From Podarcis gaigeae (Eukaryota): a stretch of DNA of 64,000 nucleotides. Positions 50,690 to 63,397 of this stretch are shown here, piece after piece. The translations under genes and the position numbers were made by a program. The stretch's first letter is position 1; every line of letters starts with the position of its first letter. The stretch is from the NCBI GenBank assembly GCA_964106915.2, contig OZ066922.1; one strand, given 5' to 3'. The notes beneath the pieces were generated by a model. The model saw nothing but the letters and a program-made list of their open reading frames with translations, was not told where the DNA came from and searched no databases.

Positions 50690-51410
50690 TTATTACTATT
50701 ATTTATTAAAGTTCTGTACAGCCCTTAATCCAAGGATCACAGGGCAGTGTACAATTAAAAATAAATACATACATACCATAACAACAAACAAAAACATAAC
50801 CTTCCCCACAGTTTCAAAGGCTGTAGTTGAATTAGCCAAAGGCCTGGGAGAAGAGAAACGTTTTTGCCTGGCACCTAAAGATATGTAATGAAGGTGCCAG
50901 GCAAGTCTCCCTGGAGAGAGCATTCCACAAATGGGGAGCCACCATAGAAAAGGCCCATTCACTTGTTGCCACCCTCCAGACCTATTGTGGAGGAGGCAAA
51001 TGAAGAAGAGCCTCAGATGATGATTGCATGGTCCGGGCCAGTTGATATAGGGAGAGGCTGCCCTTGAGGTATTGCGGTCCTGAGTCGTTTAAGGCTTTGT
51101 AGCTAAAAACCACCACTTTGAATTGAGCCCGGAAACTAATTGGCAGCCAGTGCAGTTGGGCCAGGACTGGTGTTATATCCTCAAACCATCTTGCCCCGAT
51201 GAGCAACCTGGCTGCTGAATTCTGAACTGGCTGAAGTTTCCGAACCGTCTTCAGAGGCAGCCCCCACGTTTAACACGTTGTAGTAATCTAACCTAGAGGT
51301 TACTAGAGCATAGGCAAGAGAAATTAGGCTGTCCAAACGGGCACAGCTGGGTCACTAGCAGAAGCTGATGGAAGGCACTCTGCACCACTGAGGCCACCTG
51401 TACCTCAAGC
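50690..51410 (-). mobile_element. L2-clade LINE 3' portion
   Basis: DITPVLAQLHWLPISFRAQFKV motif; (TAA)/(TAAA) tail at ~50.69 kb. Confidence 0.9.
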
Positions 51411-53128
51411 AACACAGGAAGCTGCCATATACTGAGTCAGACAACTGGTCCATCTAGCTCAGTAATGTCCTTGCTGAGTAGCAGTGGCTCTTCAGGGTTT
51501 CTCTTCCAGCTCTATGCCAGTTTCTCCCATGGAATCGCCTGCCCTATTTTGGCTGGCTCATCTACTTCCTCTGTTACTTTCCTGCAGTAGGACTAGAATT
51601 GGTAGCCCCTGCTCTACAAGCAACAGCTGTGACCAACCACGCAGTCAGCAAGCCACTCCTTGTGGTTTTTATATTCATCCCTTTCCAATGTTCCCTTTTT
51701 ATTCAGGGCTTTATTTTATTATTCTTTTCTCTTGTTTTCCACATTTGAAAGCCGTTGTAGCTTTAAGAGACACCTGAACTAACAATTCCTATCTGAAGTA
51801 CTGCGTAGAAATTCTTAAGCGCAAAGGTTGGTCGAAGGATCAAAACCAGAATAAACAAAACTGTTTTAACTCTCTGTCTTGGCCAACTCCTGTAATAACG
51901 TAAATAGAATTTATTTGCATTACTGCTACGGGTTCAGACAAAGAAAATAGTCTATGAAGACAGAAGCACAAGGTTTCGTGACAATTATAAATGGGAAAGA
52001 GCAACTTTGACAATCTCTGTGATCCGTTCTTTTGTGTCACTTTGGAGATTTGTATGGCTTTTATGACTGACAATCTCTGGCATTATTCAAAATCTGGGAC
52101 TATCTTAATTTCATTTCTGTATTTCAATTTTTCCATCTACTGGAAAACTGAGCTTAATTTTTGTTGCTGAGCACAATGAAAAAAAAATTTACGTTGCTTT
52201 ATTGTAATATACACAACAAAACCCAATAATTATTTTTCCATATATTGGAAAGACCATTTAGCAGTTGGGGTGATTTCAATGTACTAGTTTTCCTGTCCAA
52301 TTTGTGTTAGCTTTAAGAAATTTTGTGTTTTGTGCTGGAGTGCTTGAACTTGTGTCACCAGGCATAACACTCAGGTCATCTTCAGAGGCCTGCCTGGTTG
52401 TGCTACAATCTGCACATGTCCATCTAGCAACAACTAGGAAGGGGGCCTTCTCTGTGGTGGCACCCATAGTCTGGAATGGCCTCCCCGACAAATAAGTAGC
52501 AGACCAATGCAATTATAGTGTTGCCACATGCTGAAGGCCTTAGCTAGTTCCTCATAAGAACATAAAAATAATCTGCTGGATGAGGCCAATGGCCCATGCT
52601 AGTCCAGCATCCTGTTATCACGGTGTCCAACCAGATGTCTGTGGGAAACCCTGCTATTAATAGTGTCAATGTATTTGGATTACTTGTTATGTTTAGATTT
52701 TAGTTTTAGTGCACATTGCTTTTTTACTGTAATATTTTATACTGTTATTCTACATGCCTAGAGATGCTGGCACGACAAATAATACATACATACTTTAAAC
52801 AAACACACTACTGCTTTCAAACACAAAGCAAAGGTAGCAAAGCATTCAGACCCACATAGACTTTCAATATTCTATCTTAAAACTTTTAAAATTGGGGACG
52901 CTTACAGATATGTCTTTCATTTAGCAGAGAAACACATCTGCCAGAGTGACAGCTAAAATTCAAGGTTCTTGATTTGAGAAGTTTTTCCAGATCTTAGAAA
53001 CATGCAACTTCCTAAAAGAACTCTAGCTTAATGTTACAGCTTGCAAAATGTAATGGCATTTCACTTAGGATTTGGTTATGCTAAAACTGTTCTATTGTAT
53101 CTAGCAATTTTACATAGCATGCTTATAA

Positions 53129-53203
53129 CTGAAGACAGGAGTGCCTGGAGTGCTCTGGTCCATGGGGTCACGAAGAGTCGGACACGACTAAATAACTACA
53201 ACA
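53129..53203 (+). mobile_element. 75-bp BovB 3' tip
   Basis: GAAGACAGGAGTGCCTGG...GGGTCACGAAGAGTCGGACACGACT; 10-bp TSD ATGCTTATAA. Confidence 0.9.
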
Positions 53204-53451
53204 ATGCTTATAATTGTCTCCTCCAGACAAACTTTCAGACAAAATGCCTCATCCAGACAAACCATTAGCCCGAGTTCAGAGAAAATGCTAAGCCAAACCA
53301 TAGCTTGGCAAATAGCAGCCAAAGGACCGAGGGAGGAGCATAGCAGCTGCAATCTCCTCTCTGGGAGCCCTCATGCTTGTGCATTCACACTAAGCCACAG
53401 TTTGTCTTAGAATTATGTCTGAATCAAACAGCAGAAGTTTCCAGGGGCTCT

Positions 53452-53668
53452 GAGCCAGTATAGTGTAGTGGTTAGAGAGTTGGACTAGGGCCTGGGAGAC
53501 CTGAGTTCAAATCCCCACTTAGCCATGATGCTCACTGTTTCTCAGCCTAACCTACCTGATAGGGTTGTTGTGAGAATAAAATGAGGCGAGAACGAGATAT
53601 GTAAGCCTCCTTGAGCTTTTTGTAGAAAAGGTGGAATACAAATGTAAGAACGAATAAAATAAAAAATA
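53452..53668 (+). mobile_element. tRNA/CORE (Squam3-like) SINE
   Basis: GAGCCAGTATAGTGTAGTGGTTAGAG A-box, GAGTTCAAATCC B-box, A-rich tail. Confidence 0.82.
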
Positions 53669-56149
53669 ATCTCTGAAAGACCACTGGGCGGGGAAGCAGG
53701 AGACAGGACTTCAGGCCCATCAGAGGAAATAAAAGAACATGGCCCGCTTCACCTTTTGCACGTTGCGCAGGGGGCAGATAATGTAAGGCTGGGTCAGAAA
53801 AGAGATCACTGCTATGAATCTTTGGGATTTCTCCCCTCCCACAAGGCTCCTAGCACTTGCTATGGTGGGATCTCAGTTCCACTGCAGTGGGGGAATGAAG
53901 AGATAAGGCTATTCTCCCTGCAAGCTAAAGAGAAAAGGCTATCCACCCTGCAAGCTGCATTCCCAGTGAAATTTTGGCTGCTTTCACCTGTAATTACTTC
54001 CAAGAACAAGAGACATATCTGCATGCTACGTAATTAAGTGAACGTCATTATGGCCTTCTGAATCTTTTAACTCTACTAAATGAAAACCAAAGTAAACAAA
54101 ACCTTAATGCTTAGGTAATCGCAAGCTCTTGGAATTTTTATGGGTGTTAGAATCATTGTGTTCATTAGTTTTATCTTAGGAATGTAGACTAAACTTCTAC
54201 AAATTTGTTTTGCAAATCTTTGAGTCTCTGGGTGTTGGCAGCTTCTGTGCTGGTTGTGGAGCAAGTGGTGAGACTGGGATTTATTTTGCTGTGTTTCCTG
54301 AGCCTTTTCTGATTTTCTTTATATGTTATCTTGTAGGTGCATGCAGGTACCCACAACAGTAAATCTCACTTTGCCAAGACAAATGGTAATGGAAGCAAGA
54401 TATGTGGATGTATAGAAAAATGAAATATAAGCTTCTGTTTGCATTTCCTGGTAACTTCTTGTTATCACTGAATGGCTCTGGAGAATATCTCAGAAAATAC
54501 TACTATTATCAAAATTTCATTTCTTGATGAGCCTCTTACAAAGATCAGGAATGCTAGACTGTAGCAACCTGAAATGCAACTTGCCACCGTCTCAAAAATA
54601 CTGTTTTCACCCAGTGGCAGCTGCTGCCTACTAGACTTGGTGGAACTGGCAGGTCACAGGGATATAGCCAATGAGGTAATGGAGACATTGCCAAGTTGCT
54701 TTGGTTTTCTCCCCATCCTGCTCCCTTGCAAAAAACTGTACAACTACTTGGCACCTAAACTGAAAGGTATCTTACTTTGGTTCAGAAGGCGTCTCTGCTG
54801 TCACAGTTGCTCCTCTGCTGGGAGAAAAGTTGTAGGGTCTCCACCTCTTCTGGTTCTCTCCCTATCTTCCTCCTTTGCAAAGAAACAGTGGCTCCTTAAA
54901 CATTTCCATTTTATTAACACAAAACACCTATTATAAGTTTTTCCCCTCAGTTTATGAGGACTGTAATCTCATCAACATTATCCCAAGGAAAATATATCAG
55001 TCTACTTAATTTGTATTTACTGTTCACTGGGACCAATACAGCAGCAAATACCTATACCATGTTAACCATGGGCTGCTTATTCCTTTGTCTTCCTTGCAGA
55101 TATTGTGTGGGCTGCAGGGCTTTGCTTACTCATTTACCACTGGCAGAACTTCACAGTGTTAATGAGTTGCATGATAGCCACCTCTCCTGCTTTGAAATGG
55201 CGACTGCCATACTGTAGAACAGGGGTAGGCAGAGAATTGGTCTACTGGTAGTTTTCTGTGTGAGTGAAAGTAGTTTAGCAAGGATTTATGACTCCCAAAT
55301 ATTTAACAATAGCAACAACAAAATGAGTATCCCACCATCTAATAAAGACAGTTGGGTGTAACAAGGAGCTGCTTTTTCTATGAAAGGGGCTCAGTTCTGT
55401 TCAGGTACTTAAAATATATATATCAATTTCAATACTCAGAAGCCACCATACTTTTTAATTCTAAGTGTATGTTTTTTCAAACCTGGCTGTAGTTGGCAGC
55501 TCTTCGGGGTCTAATAAAACAAAAAGCAAATTCCACAAGCCTGAAGTCTGCCTCTCTCTGCTCTGGATACTGGAGAGAAAGTTTTAAAGGGGATAAGAAG
55601 CCTCATTGGAAGGAACTATAAATTGTTGGAATAAAATAGAACTGGCATGATGGCACAAAGAACCTTTTAGGGCACAAAGCCTCTAGGGCACCACCAGTAT
55701 TTCTAGGTTCTGCGCTTTGCAGTTTAAGAATTACATTCCATTTTTTTCTTGCAGTGTTACACATATCTTAGCATTCCAAAAGATCCTGAGGCTGGAGTGG
55801 TGCGCTTTTGTGGGGACCTCAACATGGGTTGTACTAACATGGTGGCAAGCAAGATGCCACTGGTGCTGTACATCTTATGGGAAACTACGTTAATTAACTT
55901 TGGAGGGTTCTCTTGAGTAGCAAATCCAGGGCACAACACTTGAAACATGTGATGGAAAGAGAGCTAGGAGACCATCCCATGAAACCCAGAAGCCTATTAT
56001 GCCTGGTTTAACCACATTATGGCCAAATCATACCCTTCTGTAACCTCCTTAAAAACAGTAACTGAGGGTTACTGAGCACTGGCGTGTTGGCAGAGGCGGC
56101 TTTTGGTGTAAATGTAAACAGCACAGATGTTGATATGACGCCATGGTTC

Positions 56150-56410
56150 CAAAACAGGGAAATTCCTGCTTGTGGACTTCCCATGGGCATCTGGTTGGTC
56201 ACTGGGAGAACTGGGTCCTGGACTAGATGGACCATTGGCCTGATCCAGCGGCTCTTCTTATGCTCTTATAACAGACAGAAGAACATAGGTCCATCTACCT
56301 CAGTACTGTCTACACTATCTGGCAGCTGCTCTATAGGGTTTCAGCCAGGGAACACTCCCAGTCCTACCTGCCAATGATTGAACTTGCACCGAAAGCCAGT
56401 CGCTCTACTC
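56150..56410. mobile_element. CR1 3' tip (+) tail-to-tail with a Squam2-like SINE (-)
   Basis: GGACTAGATGGACCATTGGCCTGATCCAGC..CTTCTTATG then GGTCCATCTACCTCAGTACTGTCTACAC. Confidence 0.7.
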
Positions 56411-56559
56411 TCTACTGCTGTAAACCACCTTCCAATCTTCAGATGAAGGGCAGTATAAAAATGTGATGATGATGATGATGATGATGATTATTATTATTAT
56501 TATTATTATACCACTGAGCAAGGGCTCTTCCCTGAGAGCCTCTCAAGACAGGAGCCATT

Positions 56560-57450
56560 CACCATGGCCAGGCCTTGTTTTTCTTCTTCAATCTCTGCTG
56601 AGGAGTGCTGTTGTTTTTGCGTTGGGAGGAGCTTTCTGAAATGCCTTGAGGCAGCGCGCCTTGCCAGAATCCAGAAGAGAGAGAGGGGAAAAGGGGTCCC
56701 AGATTATACCATTAACTGGGGTGGGGGGGATGCGCTTCAGAGACCACCTCTCGTTGCCTCTTTCCCTCCCTGCCCACCTCAGCCACGAGGCCGCTCTCCC
56801 CTCGCATTCCGCCGCTCTGATTGCTGCTCGCTGCTCCAGGTACCTCCCCCTCTTCGCCTTTTGTTTTAGTGTCAGGCAGCAGCCCAGTTTCCTGTTGATA
56901 CCGGAATGTTGTGAATGGGCAGGGAAACGCCACCTTCTCCTTCCCTCTGCCTTTCTCTTTCTCCCCCGGCCGCCACAGCTGGGAGAGCCTCTCTTGGCGA
57001 GCGCCCTCCCAGCTCCTGCCATTCCCTAGCCGAGACCAGAAAGAGAGCGAGGCCTTCGCAGCCTCCCCGAGAGCGCGCTTGAAACTTTCGAGGAAGGGGA
57101 AAAGCAAGAAGCGGCGGCGGCGGCGGCGCAAGAGGGACGCTTTGCCTTCTCTCCAGGCTGCGGGCGGCGGGAGCGGCAGGTGCAGGCGCAAGGGCAGCTC
57201 CAAGCCACGCCATGGAGGAGCAGAGGGAAGCCTAAGAGAGGGGTCCTCTTCCTCCTGTCGTCGATGGCTGAAGCCTGGAGGCTGGAAGAAGAAGAGGAGG
57301 AGCTGAAAGAGCTCGGCAGAAGGCACAGGAGACCCAGCTTGAACCCAGCAACAGGTAGGCGCGAGAGGGCAGGGAGAGGGGCGCCGAGGGGCAGGGGTCC
57401 GAAGTGGCGAAGGGAGGCACGTGCTGCAGGGGTGGGGGGAGAATTCAACG
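56560..57450 (+). promoter_or_regulatory. CpG-island promoter of an unidentified plus-strand gene
   Basis: CpG-dense and repeat-free; (GCG)n at 57111-57128; TEAD-type CATTCC/GGAATG at 56805, 56903 and 57020; downstream plus strand looks T/G-rich like an intron. Confidence 0.78.
56870..57354 (+). other. Putative first exon (start approximate); 5' UTR with uORF, possibly 30 N-terminal codons from ATG 57264
   Basis: Donor ACAG|GTAGGC at 57354/57355; purine-rich, ESE-like 3' part. Confidence 0.6.
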
Positions 57451-58534
57451 CCTATATATATATATATATATATTCAGGAGTTAGGTTCATGTTCTTCAAA
57501 GAGCTGCAGATTTTACTTCGATGCCCGTTTTTAGGGGTTTTTTTATTGTCTCTGGTTGCCTTTCCCGACAAGCAACTCCACATGCTTAAGTCTCTTTCTC
57601 TGGGAACTGAAGTGATTGTAATGTGATATGGCAAGGGGTTGAGGGACAGTCAAGGTGTCTCTGGTGACAGGATCAAGCATCCTTTCTGATTCTGCCCTCC
57701 TGTTTCTGAATGTGCATTTAAGCTCCTTTGACATCTGTGGACGTTCAGTGCAGAACACACTGGTGGTCATGTGGGCCTGGCCCTCAAATCCAGTCAAGAC
57801 ATGGCCTGTTACGTTGCACCATAGCTGTGCCCTAGCAGCATACAGTTTGGACTCTGTCAAAAAGGGAGTGCTGGCGCATTGTCTGGAATACGTACATTTG
57901 GGGTTCCCCCACCCTATTTCTCAGTGTATGCAGCGATTTGACCTAGGGATTGGTTTGCAAACATTGCCTTCCCTGTGGTGCCCTCCAGATGCTTTAGACA
58001 GACAACAGCTTCAAGCAGAATGGTCAGGCGTAATGGGAGTTATAGTCCAAAGTATCTGGAGGCTCCATTTGGGGAAGGCTGCTGTAATAGATATGCAGAA
58101 GTCTTGTGGATGGGCTCAGTATTCAACTGTGGGGTTGCAAGCAACCGAAGGTTATGATGTCTGGGTCAGGGAATATCCTTCCCAGTTGGCTGCTAAAGAA
58201 AGGGGGGGACGTTATTGGGTCTTCATGGAAGAACATTCTGGAACCACATATAATCTTATCTCATGGTGAGTCAGATGTAGTCACTCATGGTTCAGTGAAA
58301 GGATCATATTCCAATACATTTTTTCTTCCTGGTTGGCGTAGTCTACTGTAAACTTGAACATTCCCTTTAGTTCTTTAGAATTCTGAACATTAACTTAAGG
58401 CACATCCAATGTATCTCTGGTAGTCAACATTGCTACGTTTTTCACCAAAGATTTTTGTCCTTAAATATTTCTCTGTTTTAAGACCAGAATGTAGATCTTA
58501 TGTGAAATAAGTATTCCTTCTAAACTTAGCAGGA

Positions 58535-58710
58535 GAACACTTAGTGATATAGCACATGTTTTGCATGCAGAGAATTTCAGATTCAGTCCCTGGGATGCAG
58601 GTCGGGCTAGGAATCTCCCCTGTGTGAAACCCTGCAGAGCCACTGCCACTCGGTATAGAGAGTAATGAGCTAGATGTGCCATTGGTGTATTTGTGTAAGC
58701 TTTCTATGTA
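58535..58710 (+). mobile_element. Squam2-like SINE
   Basis: TTTGCATGCAGA...GTGAAACCCTGCAGAGCCACTGCCA...GAGCTAGATG. Confidence 0.7.
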
Positions 58711-59080
58711 ACTGCATGCCTGAGCCAAGCCACACATAAAAGGAGAGGGAACACTGAAGGGTCATCTACTTTGCAATTTGGCATACTTCAAGGTTTGCAC
58801 CTTGTTGACTTTGGACTGCTAACTTTGCTGACTTCCCAGAATTATCAGTAGTTTCTGTGTTTGAACAGTGGTAGACTATTCCATACCCAAAAGGTGTTAC
58901 TGTAGTTTCTTTCCTCACCTCTTTCTTTGGCAGGGAACTTCCTTGTCTGATACCCTCAGAGGTATTTAAGAAATTTTCACTGATAGTTATACAGTTGTGG
59001 ATTCTTATTAAGCTGGAGCAGCGTAGTTGCAGAAATGCATGCTATGGACTGCAGACTTGTAAACAGATTGACAGATTCCT

Positions 59081-59142
<62 letters not shown>
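59081..59142. repeat. Compound (CA)n(GA)n microsatellite
   Basis: Direct read. Confidence 0.97.
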
Positions 59143-59146
<4 letters not shown>

Positions 59147-60610
59147 AGAGACCTGTCCATTTACTGGCTAGAAGACTGACTTGGGATCTTTTGTGTTTAT
59201 GGTGGATCACAGGCAGAATCTATTTTATGCTCTTGTTGCATAATTAAACAGCTGCATTTGGAGCATTTTGCTGGAGCCACTTTGGGCTCTGTGTTGTAGA
59301 AGGGCAAATGCAACTTCAGCAAACAAACAGTTTTAATTAATAAGCCTTCTACCCCCATACAATTTACTTTCAGCAGTGGAATCATGTTCCATCCAGACCA
59401 TTCTCTGGGTTATTAGTGGCATGCCTTGAGGAAACAAAGTCAAGAATCTGTGCTAGAAAAACGTACAATCCAGGAGCTACCTGTAAGTATCAGGTGGTCA
59501 GTGACTCATGCCACTATCAGTAATAAGTGAAGAGTCAACTGGCAAGGAAGCAGGCCATGAGTAACCGCTAGACATTAATCTGAAACAGAACTACAGTATG
59601 TGTAATGCATGGCTGGGAAAACTCAGGCCAAAGGCAGTTTTCGAGGCTGCTCTTCCAGATCCTCAGGGCTTTCTTCAGACCACTCCCCAGGTCACACACC
59701 CTTTTCCCAGACCACAACCCACACCGGACTTGCTCCATGTCCCTTCCCAGTAAATTTACCTAGGCGGAATGTGTCCTTGAACTGTGATACTGCCTCTTGC
59801 TTGCCTAGATAGATTGTGTATGTGTGTAAACCTCTGGCTTTTTGCATGGCCTACTTTAAGAGTCATGTTCATTGCTGTCTCAGTCTTCCCTCTGGCCCTG
59901 TCCACCACTGGCATGTGGCCTCCTGAAAATTGTGAGGAAATGTGGCTCTCAAGCTGGAAAAAAGTTCCTCATGCCTCAAGTAAAGCTGCCCCATGCTGTT
60001 TGTGCAGATGTTCCAGGAGCCCTTTGCCCTCAGGCTGCAGTTCCACAGAAAATTTCCTCAGCATGATACTAACTGCCTGAATGTGTGCAGAATCGTTGCC
60101 TAAATGGTTGTAGTCCTAAGCATACTTACTAAGGAGCAATTCATTTTGGCCTAGTATTTATTTATGAGTAAACATTCTTAGGATTTTGAAGTTAAATGTG
60201 TGGATGGATGCATCTGTCGTTTGTTTAATGTCCTGGATTTAGCTCTGGCCTTGTGGTGTCTATGAATGTTGCAAAACAGGCACTTGCTGTACTTATAAAC
60301 CCCCTGTTTATGTTATGCTGTTGTTCTAAGGCTGTTCTTTTAAAAAAGTAATTCTTTATAAACTCATCAGTCACCTTTCTGTCGTTCAGTTTTGTAAGGG
60401 CTAGAAAACTGGCAAAATAATTTGTGTCCAATTTCCTCTAAAGCAACATTCCGTTCATAGAAGCATTATTTAATCTTAGCTCCCACATTAAACTTGTTCT
60501 AACTTGATTTCTAAAATGCTAGCTGGGTTTTGGACAGCAAAACAAGGTTGTATCAGAGAGATTAACTCACCAGTCAAAATATAATCAGAGAAATTACACA
60601 GGTGAAGGTA

Positions 60611-61075
60611 CCGTATTTTTCGCCCTATAGGGCGCACCAGCCGATAGGACGCACTTCATTTTTTGGGGGGGAAATGAATAAAAAAAATTATTTCCCCCCC
60701 CAGCCGCGGGGCTGGGGCGGGGGAAGCCCGAGCTTCCCCTGACCCCAGAACAGGCTGCTATCCGCAAGCCTTGCGAGCACGGCGGCAACTCCTGCCGGGC
60801 TCGCAAGCCTTACGGACACCCGCGCGAAGCACGGGGTGCCCTTCGGGCTGCAGGCTGCTGCCCGCAAGCCTTGCGAGCCCGCGGGAACTCCCGCCGGGCA
60901 CGCAAGGCTTGCGGATAGCTTCCTGAAGCCTGGAGAGCGAGAGGGGTCGGTGCACACCGACGCCTCTCGCTCTCCAGGCTTCAGCGAAAGCCTGCATTTG
61001 CCCCATAGGACACACGCACATTTCCCCTTCATTCTTGGAGGGGGAAAAGTGCGTCCTATAGGGTGAAAAATACGG
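60611..61075. mobile_element. TcMar-Tc2-like non-autonomous element, young and CpG-rich
   Basis: TA-CCGTATTTTTCGCCCTATAGG...CCTATAGGGTGAAAAATACGG-TA; subterminal repeats; internal palindromes. Confidence 0.9.
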
Positions 61076-62694
61076 TAGGTTGGTGAAATGAGAGTTCGAA
61101 TAGAATACAGTTTTTAAAAGCAATCTCTGTTTTAAGCTACTTGGTAGTGTATTATTCTAAGAAGAATCCTGATTTCTAGATATATGTATTTGGGAGGTGC
61201 TAGGTTGTATCTCCTCAGTCACACTTATTTAAAATACACATACTGTATATGTGGAATGTTTTGCTCTTTTTTCCTTTCCTTTACACAGACTTTCCTTCTG
61301 TGAATAAATATAGCAGGGGCCAATGTTGATGCCTCCCGGTCTCCAATTGATGGGGGCTACTGGAGAGCAAACCCATGCCATTTTGTGGTTCTGCCTCATT
61401 TATGGCCACCTTTTTGTTTTACTTCACATTCCAAGGCAGCCATTTTGTGACTAGAGCCTTTGTCACTTTATCAAAACTCTAAATGTGCCCACTGGCCAAA
61501 AAAAGATGGCACCTCTTCTCTGGAGTACCAGAACCTCCTTCTACCAAAGGAATAGGGCAAGGTATTTTGCCAAATAATTTATTTGGGGTGGATTTTGCTT
61601 CTGCTTGGGATATGGCTGATCACAAATCAGACAATGATTAGAGACTGTGTGTAGTGTGGTGGTGTTGTTGTTGTTACATCTTCACCTGCAGCATGTGACT
61701 GAGCTATTTGGATTTGTTCTGCAGCAGTAATAAAAAAAAGATAGGATCAGAGAGTTGCAGAATACATGATGCACCCCACCTTCTTTGCTGCTTTGTAACT
61801 ACCTTTCTACATTGCACATGCTCCTTTCTCTTAACATTTATGTGATCCAGATTGTATGGGTTGATTTGTGAGGGGTTGCTTGGTAGATAATCTTCCTTTT
61901 ATGCAGAGGATTAGATTATGTGTGCCTTTGATCCCTTTCAGTTCTTCGATTTTATGATCCACAGTTCTCTTGGGTAGCAGTGATTATACATATGTACTGA
62001 ATACCTGGCTGCATCTAAGCTAAAAGAACTGTACTTGTGAGTCCGCTCCAGAATCCAAGGAAGTCAGTAGGAAGAATCCATTGAAGTCAACTGGCTGCAG
62101 ACCAAGCACTGCTGGAATAAATTAAGGATGGTAACAGAGGCTCTTTTGCTGTTATCTGTTGCAGCTTGTCCTTGGAAATGAACCAACACCACTAAGCATA
62201 AAGTGTGTTTTTATTTTACAGAAAAGCACTTGTCTGCTGACATTTGTACCAGGGTGCAAATGGAACCATAAAAGTTGCATTTTTCAAGCATCTGTAAAAA
62301 AAAAAAATCGTGCTGAAAAATGAAATATTCTTTTCTTTTTAAAAAAGGTTTAAAGCTTATTAACTAGGAGAAAGCTATCTTTTTAAGAAAAGATAGAAAA
62401 TCCAAGTTGGCCTCTCCTATATATAATGAAAAGTATCTTGTTTATCTGGGCAGAGTCAAATGAGTTGTCAGGTTGCCCTTTTGGAAAGTGCTGGACTATG
62501 AGGAGTATGACCGTGCTCCAGATAAAGTCTTGCTCACTCCACATGCACACACCAGTAATTTACATTAGAACTCTCTTGCATCTGTCCACAACAAGTTATT
62601 TTAATGCTGAAAAGATAGCATGGAGTATTGAGAACAAGGTCTATTGACGTATATTCACAAACAGATGCTGCAATACGAGTAAAGGAGATATGAA

Positions 62695-62958
62695 CAGTGG
62701 TGTAGCATGGGTTGCATTCAACTGCCTAATGGTGTCTGCATCACCCAGGAGATCACAGCTGCAGAGATAAGAAAAGAGTTGTTCCGTTGTCTGGAGAGGT
62801 CACTTCCTAGATTGCATGAATAAGCTGTTTTCAATGGAGCCTAGAGACGGAAGTGCACAGCTGTATTGCGGCAGCACTGGGTGTTGAAATTTTGCACCCC
62901 TAAGAATTTTGTGCCCGGGGCAACAGCCACTGTGGCTCCCCTGCATGCTACATCCCTG
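62695..62958. mobile_element. hAT (Tip100-like) MITE
   Basis: CAGTGGTGTAGCATG...CATGCTACATCCCTG; 7/8 TSD GATAT(G/A)AA. Confidence 0.82.
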
Positions 62959-63146
62959 GATATAAAAGCTCATGAAAATGTGCAGTAAAGGTGTTGGTTT
63001 ACTTAGAATTAATTCTTCTTCCTCCCTCTTCTGAAGCAAGCCATTGGGTCTTGTGCAGGTGTTGGCCGTGATCTAACACTAACCAGGGCTTTCCTTCAAC
63101 TGGGATCTCTGACCCTTGGACAGGCATTCAGCCAAACATGTAAATA

Positions 63147-63397
63147 CAAAGGCCAGCAACCTTTTTCAGCCATGGGCCGGTCCACCGTCCCTCAGACCAT
63201 CTGGGGGGCCGGGCTATATTTTTTGGGAAGGGGATGAACGAATTCCTATGCCCCACAAATAATCCAGAGATGCATTTTAAATAAGAGGACACATTCTACT
63301 CATGTAAAAACATGCTGATTCCCGGACTGCCCACAGACCAGATTTAGAAGGCGATTGGGCCGCATCTGGCCCCTGGGCCTTAGGTTGCCTACCCTTG
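63147..63397. mobile_element. hAT-Charlie-like MITE
   Basis: Degenerate TIRs CAAAGGCCAGCAACCT...AGGTTGCCTACCCTTG; internal GGGCCGG repeats. Confidence 0.75.

Noticed and set aside
57212-57235. MEEQREA resembles the N-terminus of FSD1 as I recall it
   Set aside because: It ends in an immediate TAA with no splice donor inside; seven residues are too few to assign a gene.
56564-58269. ORFs of 100-204 aa at the second island and at 57655-58269
   Set aside because: GC-rich artefacts or intronic sequence running through a hAT MITE; mostly non-ATG starts; no homology recognised.
58934-58961. 28-nt micro-exon candidate (TTTGGCAG|...AGAG|GTATTT)
   Set aside because: Weak donor and an in-frame stop if joined to the 57264 ORF; nothing else supports it.
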